Source: Mobula hypostoma (taxonomy: Eukaryota). From it: a stretch of 64,000 nucleotides of DNA. Made by a program: the position numbers and the translations under genes. The notes under the pieces are model-generated. The model was not told the DNA's origin. It ran no database searches and saw nothing but the letters and a program-made list of their open reading frames with translations. Numbering within the stretch: the first letter of the stretch is position 1; every line of letters begins with the position of its first letter. The stretch lies in contig NC_086109.1 of NCBI RefSeq assembly GCF_963921235.1, forward strand, positions 20,462,001 to 20,526,000, in the 5' to 3' direction. Below are positions 12,705-22,982 of this stretch, piece after piece.

Positions 12705-13171
12705 TGTCATGGTGAACACTGGCAATGACTGAACTCAGGTGCAGAAGGATGGCAGACTCTGCCATGGTGAGCCTTGCCAATGATTCAACCCAGGTGTGGA
12801 GGATCATCAGGTTCTGTCATGGTGAGCCCAGGAAAATAACTGAACTGAGGTGCGAAGGAATGGTGGACTCCAATATAGAGACGGAAACGAGAAACATAGG
12901 AATACCAACAGAGCATCGGTGAAACGACTGAGCAACGCCACAGGACAAATATCAAAACCCAAGGATTCTGTGATCAGCGCTAAACAAGAGTCCTCGTAAA
13001 ATCATAGAAAGCGGGAAACCCGTGCCAGTCACAATTAACTTGACAAGATTAAACAGAAAGCACAAGAGCTTAACGACTCTAGTTAAGACATTCGGTAAAG
13101 GGAGGTGCTCGAACAACCGAGAAACCCAAAGCTCTGTGACACGCCACCAGAGGCCCACAGGGCTCGTGACA
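12705..13171. mobile_element. Probable solo LTR
   Basis: TGTCA...TGACA termini, imperfect 5-bp flanking repeat gctat/cctat, and three ~55-bp tandem units at the left end. Confidence 0.6.
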
Positions 13172-13593
13172 CCTATAGTTTATGTGTACCCAGGTCTTCT
13201 GCATAGTCCCATCTGCCTGCATCCAGACCATTGCCCTTCATGTGCCTCTTGCATTTAAATTTCTCTCAAATACTACAACTGAACCAGTGCCAATCACTTC
13301 CAATGCAGCTGATTCCACTCACTCCTCCCTCTGAGTGAAGAAGATCTCCCTCAGATCCTCACACCTGGTCCACTGTGGCTAATCTTTTAACTCAATGTCA
13401 TTTTTATATAGCAACCCCTTATCCTTTGATTCCCTTCATAGGTAAAATTCTATTCCTCAGATAATCTGTTATTTTGGAAATATTTATAGAAGGGTGAATA
13501 TTAGGCATGATATCATAGATAATTCCCTGCTGTTCTTTGAAATTCTCCTGTGGGATCTTTCCTATCCACCTGAGAGACCAGTATTAGTTCTAA

Positions 13594-14108
13594 AGGCTGA
13601 TTTATACTTCTGCGTCAACTCGACACCATAACCTACGCAAGTGGCCTACGTGCATTGTGAGCATTTATACTTGTGCGTTGGTGTGTCTGCGTCACTCTGC
13701 AAATCGGGCACGTCACGCATGCGCGCTCACCTGCCCGCGCAAGGCTTCATGGTCATGGTAGTCTTTCTCGGGGTAAACAATTTTAAAGCAAGCGTCTTTT
13801 TTCATAAAAGCGAAATGTGTCCTCCATAATTTCAGAGGTCTGTAAAGATTTATGGAAAGCATTGCAGCCAGAGTTCCTTCCCTGCCTTTCGGTCGCCCAA
13901 AGGGAAGCTGTTGCAGCGTAGGAGGAAATGCAATGCTACCAGGCGGACCAATCACAGTTGTTGCGGTCTGCGTTGCTGCGACACGTAGTTACATTTTGGG
14001 AGAGGTGCACGTCAGGCTACGGTGTAGGGATCCACATAGGCTCTGCGTAGGTTTTGTGGCGATGCTGTACTTACAGCGTCGAGTTGACGCACAAGTATAA
14101 ATCAGTCT
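13594..14108. mobile_element. PIF/Harbinger-type MITE
   Basis: TAA|AGGCTGATTTATACTTCTGCGTCAACTCGAC...GTCGAGTTGACGCACAAGTATAAATCAGTCT|TAA: ~31-bp TIRs and TAA TSD. Confidence 0.85.
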
Positions 14109-15119
14109 TAAGTCTGACCCTAAAGTCAGCACTTCCTGTAGTACAGCACCTGACAGCAGTGCATTAGGGGGACCAGAATGACATATGCATTCAAATATCT
14201 CGAATGAGACCTGAAATCACAACTTCCTGATACAGAACAAGAATGTTAGTCTGATGTATGACATACTGACACATGACGTATACTGGAAATAGAGTCATTG
14301 TGGTGAAAGGCAGTTGCTTAAGTTGTCCTCGGGCATTTTTGGTTGATGTTCAACTGGAGAAGAGTTAAAAGAGTGAGATTAGTGGAAAAAAAATGGACCA
14401 AAATCTACCTTAACACAGGCAGTACTTGATAGTTTCACAACACAGATGATAATGCCACCGGACACCAAAAAACTGTAGGTATTGGAAATCTAATATACAG
14501 ACCAAAAATTGAATCACTCAACAAATCAGTCACAGCTGGACATGTCCTATAACCCTAAATTTCACAGTTTTTACCTTCCTTTGTGTGCATTCTCAATGCT
14601 AACTGCCCCCATTTCATAGTTCATTTTCATCTCCCTCTAACTGCCCCATTAACCAATCCCCCACTGCAACTTATTCCCCTGACCTCAAAATCAGACTGTT
14701 TATTCCTCTCCATAGATGCTGCTTGACTTGCTGAGTTCCTCCAGAATTTTGTTTGCGTTGCTCAATATCAGAGATATTACCTTTGTCCTATCCAATGCTA
14801 ACCCCCACCCCACCTTCTCGGCAACCTAAAACTAACTTGTTCTCTCTCTTTCTAAGTTCTCATGCAACCTGAAATTTTAACTACAGGTACTGCAGACTTA
14901 ATGAGGTTTCCTGCGTTTCTGTTGTTTATTATTAAAACAATTGTTCAGATGTCCTACCTGTTATAGAATTCATTCACCTCCTGTCCATTTGATTTCAATT
15001 GGACAGGGATGAGATGGGATCTACATTGCATTGTGATCTCATCCTCAGTGCATCACTCTGGAACGCTGGCTGAAAGTTATTTCCAATACTACTTGTCCTA
15101 TTCTTGATTGCAGTACTTA

Positions 15120-15505
15120 CTGCCCATTATACCCACGGGCATTTAGGGCAGCAATGAAGGTTCTCAATCTCTGGCCATGTTCAGGGCTTCTTTCATCACG
15201 TCAGTAGCTTCCTCTTGGTTTTTGCTGTCAGTCATGCAAGTCCTGGGTGGAGACTCAGGAATACCGTCACACTCAGACGTAGAAGGATTCTTTGTTGCTG
15301 TTTCCATAACAGTTTTGTTTGACCAGTCAGGGTTGTTAGCCTTGAGCCGAACTCCCGAACCTGGAGGACTAGTGGGCCACTCTTAGTCTGCCCTCTACCC
15401 TTTGATCTGTTTGACATGGGTGACCCTACCAGGAGCCAAAGCATAAAGCCTTGGGTCATCCAGACACACAAGCCTCCAAACCCAATGACAAGGTTGTGGT
15501 CCACT
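15120..15505 (-). mobile_element. Non-autonomous RTE-related short element (second copy)
   Basis: Homologous to 11750-12160; both give the spurious peptide SVMQVLGGDSGIPSHSDVEGFF. Confidence 0.6.
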
Positions 15506-15733
15506 AGGAGGAATGGTGACATTTCAGCACGGACTAGAAGGGCCGAGATGGCCTGTTTCCATGCTGTAATTGTTATATGGTTATATACCAGATTATATTT
15601 AGAGTAAAGTTCCACTTACATTGTCCTATCAAACACCTGGACAGGCCCACCTGTTAGAATGACGTACTCTTGAAAGTTATTGAAGTTGATGAGAGGTTCA
15701 TTGTTATAATTCTGGCTGTCTTCTCCCTCATAG

Positions 15734-15998
15734 GCTGTAAAGCGGTTCATGAAGCTGGAGTGTAAATGCCACGGAGTCAGTGGTTCCTGTACACTGCGGA
15801 CTTGTTGGTTAGCAATGTCGGACTTTAGGAAAACTGGAGATTACCTGAGGAAAAAATATAACCTGGCAATCCAAGTTACTATGAACCAGGATGGAACAGG
15901 TTTCACTGTCACCAACAGACACTCGGGCAGGCTGATCAAAAACGAGCTGGTGTACTTTGAAAACTCACCTGATTACTGCGTCATGGACAAGGCAGCAG
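15734..15998 (+). CDS. wnt2b: Wnt-2b coding exon (exon 4 equivalent), 265 bp
   Basis: ctcatAG acceptor, GTaaga donor. Translates as [88 protein letters not shown](G). Contains the Wnt signature [10 protein letters not shown] with the lipidated Ser (codon 15779-15781). Phase 0 start, phase 1 end, consistent with neighbouring exons. Confidence 0.96.
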
Positions 15999-16014
15999 GT
16001 AAGAGCTGGACTGT

Positions 16015-16348
16015 AAACACAAAAGGTTCCGCGGATGCTGGAAATCTTGAGTAACATAAACTAAAGGGGGAAAGAACTCAGCAAGTCAGGCAGGACATGG
16101 TGGGAACTAAGTGTCTGATGAAGGGTCTTGGCCCAAACTATCAACTGTTTATTCCCCCCATAGATGCTGCCTGACTTGCTGAATTCCTCCAGTATTTTGT
16201 GTTTATAAGTCAGGCAGCATCTATGGAGGGGGAATAAGGGTCTGTTGAAAGGTCTCAGCCCAAAACATCGACTTTTTATTCCCCACCCTAGATGCTGCCT
16301 GACTTGCTGAGTTCTTCTAGCATTTTGTATGCATGTGGTGCTCAAGTT
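16015..16348. mobile_element. Cluster of Penelope-like terminal repeats in both orientations
   Basis: gatgctggaaat...gaactcagcaagtcaggcag and its reverse complement; decayed hammerhead motifs at 16115 and ~16243; flanking ctggactgt/ctagactgt repeat. Confidence 0.7.
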
Positions 16349-17763
16349 CTAGACTGTGTCACCAGAGTCAGCAGCTGACACTGGAGGGACAGATGCCAGG
16401 CATGGACTAGAGTCTTGAAATCATGGGGAAGAGGAGCAACTGATGGAGAGGAATGCATTGGGGGAGAAAGAATAGAGAAATGAGACCGGGGGCATGTAGT
16501 GTTTATCATGAGGCAACTGTCTAGAGAGCATGGCAAAGCTGAGGACAGACCTTATTGCCAGAAACTGAAAGGAATGAAAATTGTAAAGATGATAAATTCT
16601 GAAATCCAGGTGTAGGAGCAATGGAGAAATATCATTGGTGAGAGAAGGTGGAGGAAAGCTGAGAGCAACAGTGACGAGGGTAATGAGAGCCAATTGTTGA
16701 AACAATGGTCAAAGTCATATCATTAAAGACTTACCCAAGGCAATGCTTTCATTCAAGTCACTCAGAAAACTAAAATGCTGCAATGAAATGAAAATGAAAT
16801 TGCAAAGGAAGGAACGATGCAATCCAGCATCTCAACTGGTCAGATTAGAGGTGACTAGATCTCGAGAGAGAAGGATCCAGGCTGTATGTTTATGAGAAGG
16901 AATGAATGTGATTTTATATTCGCGTAGCTTCAGGCCCTTTTCAATCACTCCTTTCCACTTTAGCCATTTGTCATGAAAGCTACAATCAACCTCAATACAC
17001 AGGAAGTCAATGATATACATGAAGGAAGTCATCTTGCCTTTCTGTCAAGAGTCACCAATAGATATCTATGACTATAGAGATGACGTGCCTGCTGCCAGTG
17101 AACACGCTGGACTTTAACACCAGACATTGCTGAGAGAGGGTACACCCCCACCCAACCGCTGTCCTCTTCTACAAAAGAGTGGGGGCTGACACATGTAGTT
17201 TATCTCCTCGGCATCGACAAGATCACAATGAACAGGGCACTGAACTACAATCCCACCACATGTTAAAATTATACTGGTCTTGAGAGTGATGATATTCATG
17301 AAATCACAGGTCCCAAGTGCGTCACAGCCAGAATTGCCTTAGAAAATGTACCAGTGTTGTAGTGTAGGGGAATGTAGCAATCTGACTAAACACAATAAGT
17401 TCACACAATCAATGCGACGATGAATTGATAAATAGTTTTGTTCATTGCGCAATAAGTTCCTCCCGTAACCAGCAAATCACAGCAGCTGCTGTACAAGTGG
17501 GCACACTTTTTCAAGCATGGCTATTTCCTATTGCCATGTCAACTGCCCACCTTGTGCCCATTATACATCCATTGGTATGATTGGTCACATTTGCTGTTAC
17601 CATTGAAGCTTGCTGTTGGAGGCAGTGGCTGAGGGAAATGCCAAAAAACAACTTTTAAAAGGTACTTGGACAGGTACATGGGTAGGAATTTTACAAGGAG
17701 AAGTAGGCAGTCTTTATTTGTCTTCAAATTTCTCAGAATCAGGTTTATTGTCACAGACATATA

Positions 17764-18770
17764 CAGAGCCTATAAAAAGTATTCACCCCCCCCCCCCCGA
17801 CCCCCGGAAGTTTTCATGTTTTATTGTTTCACAACATTGAATCACAGTGGATTTAATTTAGATTTTTGACACTGATTAACAGAAAAGACTCTTTTGTGTC
17901 AAAGTGAAAACAGATTTCTACAAATTGGTGTAAATTTATTACAAATATTAAACACAAAATAATGGATTGCATAATTACTCATCCCCTTCAAGTCAGTAAT
18001 TTAGTAGATGCACCTTTGGCAGCAATTACAGCCTTCAGTCTGTGTGGATTGGTCTCTGTCAGCTTTGTACATCTGGGCACTGCAATTTTTTCCCCATTCT
18101 TCTTTACAAAACTGCTCAAGCTCTGTCAGATTGCATAGGGATCATGAGTGAAGAGCTCTTTTCAAGTCCAGCCATAAATTTGCAATTGGATTGAGGTCTG
18201 GACTCTGACTTGGCCGCTCCAGGACATTAACTTTATTGTTTTTACGCCATTCCAGTCATTGTCATTGTATTGCTGGAAAACAAATCTTCTCCCAAGTTGC
18301 AGTTCTCTTGCAGACTCAGGTTTTCCTCCAGGATTTCCCTGTATTTTGCTGTATTCACTTTACCCTCTACCTTCACAAGCCTTCCAAGGTTTGCCTCAGT
18401 GAAGCAACCCCACAGCATGATGCAGCCACCACCATGCTTCTCGGTAAGGATGGTGTGTTTTAGTTGATGTGCAATTAGTCTGATAGCCAAAAGGCTCGAT
18501 TTTGGTTTCATTAAACCATAGAACCTTCTTCCAGCTGACTTCAGTGTCTCCCACATGCCTTCTGGCAAACTCTAGCAGAGATTTCATGTGAGTTTTTTTC
18601 AACAAGTGGCTTTCTCTTTGCCACTCTCCCATAAAGCTGGTTAAGCACCCAGGCAACAGTGTTGTATGCACAGTCTCTCCCATTTCAGCCACTGAAGATT
18701 GTAACTCCTCCAGAATTGTCATAGGTATCTTGGTGACTTCCTTCACTAGTCCCCTTCTTGCATAGTCATA
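17764..18770 (-). mobile_element. Tc1 transposon, truncated and degenerate
   Basis: TA|CAGAGCCTATAAAAAGTATTCACCCCC terminus. Minus peptides KKVLWFNETKIEPFG (degenerate WSDET) and KHGGGCIMLWGCF. Confidence 0.88.
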
Positions 18771-18956
18771 GTCCCCACTTGCCATCCTGTGCATTGGCAT
18801 TTCCATATTAGATGGTGATGCAACCAGTCAGGATCCACATTTAAAAGATACTTGGACAGGAACATGGATAGAAGTGTTGGAAGGAGAAGTAGATTGTCTT
18901 ACTTTGTCTTTGAATTTCTTTACAACTTTTATCCCCTTTTACCACATTTATAATTT

Positions 18957-19850
18957 CAAAGTTCAAAGTACATTTATTATCGAAGTATGTATGTGATATA
19001 TCCCTGAGATTCATCTTCCAAAAGACAGTCACGAGAAAAAGAAAGCAAACACACAAAAAAAGTACCAATCACGCAAATGGCAAAAACCACAGAATATAAA
19101 ACCTCAAACCACAGAATCTGTGAAACATCGTCTAGGAATGTTCAGCTTAGTTCAGTTCATTTCTACTTAGTGCTGTGTCGTTCATCGACTGGAGGCTGCA
19201 GAGCCAGTCCACCCCGATCCAAATTGCACAAAATAGCAATAAAAAATAGAGTAACCAGAAACCAGAAACACATCATAACATGAACTGCAGAGTCCAATCC
19301 ACAAACTGCACTGTTTAAACCTTGTCCAAGACCCTGGCACCATCCTCTGGGAGCATCAAGCGAGATGGAGAGAGAGACTGATCAAATGCAGGCACCTTCC
19401 TCTGGGAGTAGCGAGCAACTGTGAAAGGGAGACCGGTCTCATTCAGGCGCCCTCCTCAAGCAGTATTGATTGAGAGCGAGAGAGAGGGAGACCAGTCAAA
19501 CACAGGCAGACAGCAGTGAACACACGCTCACCTACTGCTCTCGTCCACACCGGTTTAAAGCAGCTTGTTTGACACAATTGGTAAAATTGGTGAGAAACGG
19601 AGTCGCTCATGGGCTCACACCCCACCCCCAGGCCGCACGCTCCGCTCTAAACCTCTCCGAACTCCCTCTTAGACAGCAAAGCACCATGTCACCCAGTCGG
19701 CCCAAAAACACACCTTCAGAATGTACATCACAGGTTCCAATAATAACTGATCATATTTAAATGAAGAAGAGGAAGAAGAAAAGGAAGTCGTTTTGTGAAC
19801 TGTCTGAAGGAAGTCGCTGTTGGTCTCATTGTTCACTGATGCCAACTTCT
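18957..19850 (-). mobile_element. Non-coding retroposon with LINE-type tail
   Basis: The tail caaagttcaaagtacatttattatc is shared with many copies in the window; the body has no coherent ORF. Confidence 0.45.
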
Positions 19851-21431
19851 TCACCTGTTTATACCTCTTTGTTAAGCACTTTACTACAGTGAGCAAATCA
19901 AAGTCAGCATAGGACTGTTTGAGACATTGGCAAAATGATTAAGTGAGAGTAAAAAAGAGTGAATACTGAGCACTGCATGATAAACCCTAGGAGGGCGCAG
20001 CAAGGATTGTTATCAATGCAGAGGTTACCACACATGTTCAGTGCTGAGAAACACATGGGCCCGTCTCTATGACAACTGGGCAGAATCCAAAATACAAACT
20101 GGTTATGCTGGAAAACACCGAAATAGTCAGGCTGCATCTGTGGAGAAGAAATTAGAGTTAATGTTTGAAATCAGTGATCTTCCTTCAGAAAAATAAATGG
20201 AGATTTAACTAACATTAAGTGGGCATGGATAGAATCAGGGAAGGGGGAGATTGGTTAGAGGAACACCCAAGAGCGGATGGAGGCGTCAATAATTTAAAAA
20301 AAGGGATAATAGTCCCAACACAAAAGTGGTTAGTGATAGGACAAAGAAATGATGGATCCAGAATGTCCATAAATGGTTATAGAAACATCGATAACAGAGA
20401 ATAGCAGCAAGGGTTATCATCTGAGCCCACATTCCCGTGGCAAATTCCCCACAGAATACAGCAGCTGATATCTGGTCTCACTGACTCTACTTCAACTACT
20501 GGCTTCTTGGATAGAAAGTACTCTAAATGGACAGAGTGCGGTCAGATCAGGGCCGTCCGATCAAGGCCAAAGCCGAACAGTTGCAGCTAATTAATGCTCT
20601 CCTGATTTAAGAGTCTTTGATTTAGTAGGCGTAGAATGAAATCCTTCTGCTCCCAAACTGCAGGTATCCCTGAGAATTAAAGATAGGGCAAAAAGTTAAA
20701 CATAATTTGGAAATACTTCCGTTAATTAAATACATTCTGTTCTCTCTTTCTAAATGCAACAGTAACTGAAGTTCCCAAAACATGAAGCATGATTATGTTT
20801 CTGTGGTAAGATTGGGCGTGTTACACAACGACAATGACCTTGCAGCTGCTATGATACATCTCCAGGACCTTAATAAATCTTAGCAACACGCCATAGCAAT
20901 AGCGTATGTCAGATCCCATCACTGGACTCTGTCAACTTAAACTCAACATCCATAGAGACCAAACAGAACCTGCAATAAAAATTTCTTACATATCATTTTG
21001 GATTTTCCATCAAAAACTGGAGGATTAATCGTATTTAATTAAACTAAATAATATTTCAGATTGTTAACTCTTAAACTGTGCGGCTGGAAAGACTAATTGT
21101 TGAGGTGACTCAGAGCTATCAACAAGGTGGTGCTAAGTTTGAGTGTGTGAGCAGTGTTTCAGTGATTACCAGACAAATGAAAAGCAATCCTACTGTACTA
21201 CTCGAAAGATGTACAAAGAAATTCTCCCTGATCTCCTGGCCATCATTTATTCTCCCATGAACAATTAAAAATAGAATCTTTAAACAATAAATCTAATGCT
21301 GTTGGGATCTTGCTGAGTATCATAGCCTGTTACAATCCCAACAATAGTGACTGTACCTCATTAGATCTGAAGAGCTACATTCATGATTGAGTTCTTACAG
21401 AAGTTCAAAGTAAATTTATTATCAAAGTCCG

Positions 21432-22460
21432 TACACTCAGTGCTCTTCTCCTGCTGTGGCCCATCCACTTCAAGGTTCGAAGTGTTGTGCGTTCAGAGAT
21501 GCTCTTCTGTACACCACTGTTGTAACACATGGTTATTTGAGTTACTGTTGCTTTCCTGTCAGTTTGAACCAGTATTTTCCACTGACCTCTCGCATCAATA
21601 AGGTGTTTTCACCCAGAGAACTGCTGCTCAATGGATTTTTTTTGTTTGTTTTTTACGCCATTGGGAGACACCTCTTTCTCCCTTACTAGGGGGAGAGAGA
21701 GAGCCTATGGTATGTCAAATACCGGGTGAACTAGTAGTCTTTGGGTTACTGCAAGTCTGTGTCTTTGCTGTTGCTTTGCTCACACCTGCGTGCTCCGTGG
21801 TGGGTGCTGCTGCTTTTCTTTTTGCCGGTGGGGGGAGGGGTGATTGATGCTTCCTGTTGCTTACGCGCGGGAGGGAGGGGAGCTGGGGGGGACATTGGGG
21901 ATCTAATATTTAACTCTCATTCATTCTTTGGGGGAACTTCTCTGTTTTCGTGGATGGTTGCAAAGAAAAAGCACTTCAGGATGTATATTGTATACATTTC
22001 TCTGACATTAAATGTACCTTTGGAACCTTTGAAACCATTCTCTGTAAACCCTAGAGACTGTTGTGCATGAAAATCTCAGAAGATTAGCAGTTACTGGGCC
22101 GGCTGGTGGGGCAGTGGTATCAGTGCCGGCCTCATAAAAAACTAAGACCAAGTCAGGAACTTTCATATCGTGACCCGGTTAATCTGAAAGGAGACCAATC
22201 CTGACACTACGCGCCAGACAAGAATGGCTGACTGTCTGGTGCAACATGCTAGGAAGGAAGCAGTTACTCAAACCAACCTGTCTGGCACCAACAATAATTC
22301 CACAGTCAGAGTCACTTAGATCATGTTTCTTCCCCATTCTGATATTTAGTCTGAACAACAGCTGAACCTCTTCACCATATTTGCATGCTTTTATGTATTG
22401 ATTTTCTGCCACATGATTGGCTGATTGGATATTTTCATTAACGAGCCGGTGTAATGCAAC
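21432..22460 (-). mobile_element. Tc1-like non-autonomous element split by two retroposon insertions
   Basis: Same family as 6143 and 36319 (minus peptide MGKKHDLSDSDCGIIVGARQVGLS). Interrupted at ~21663-22033 and at 22096-22258 (SINE-like, TSD agcagttact). Confidence 0.72.
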
Positions 22461-22702
22461 CAAAACCATATAATAACAAATAAAATTAATTGAATAATAT
22501 TATTTATTTATTAACTTTATAATACTCTGTAGTTCATTCTTTCTGCACATAGAGACTGGAGGATATAAAGTGAAAATACTCCATAGTTTTCTGATGTTGG
22601 GAAACAATAATCTATGGAAGGAGACTATTTAAACTCAGAGCTCAGACTTACATGGATCAAATTACTTGAAGATTTGTGGGAAAAGTATGCAGGAAAGATA
22701 AA

Positions 22703-22982
22703 GCAACACACATCAAAGTTGCTGGTGAACTCAGCAGGCCAGGCAGCATCTCTAGGAAGAGGTACAGTCGACGTTTCGGGCCGAGACCCTTTGTCAGGAC
22801 TAACTGAAGGAAGAGTTAGTAAGAGATTTGAAAGTTGGAGGGGGAGGGGGAGATCCAAAAAGGGTCTCGGCCTGAAACGTCGACTGTACCTCTTCCTAGA
22901 GATGCTGCCTGGCCTGCTGCGTTCACCAGCAACTTTGATGTGTGTTGCTTGAATTTCCAGCAGCTGCAGAATTCCTGTTGTT
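22703..22982. mobile_element. Young Penelope-like foldback insertion with hammerhead motif
   Basis: 92-bp inverted arms (22701-22792 and 22859-22950, 2 mismatches). Flanking direct repeat tgcaggaaagataaa at 22688-22702 and 22983-22997. Confidence 0.85.
22766..22801 (-). ncRNA. Minimal type I hammerhead ribozyme motif, one core substitution
   Basis: Minus strand reads AGTC-CTGACAA-A-GGGT-CTCG-GCCC-GAAA-CG-TC-GACT. Stems I and II and the GUC site are intact; CUGANGA is changed to CUGACAA. Confidence 0.6.
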
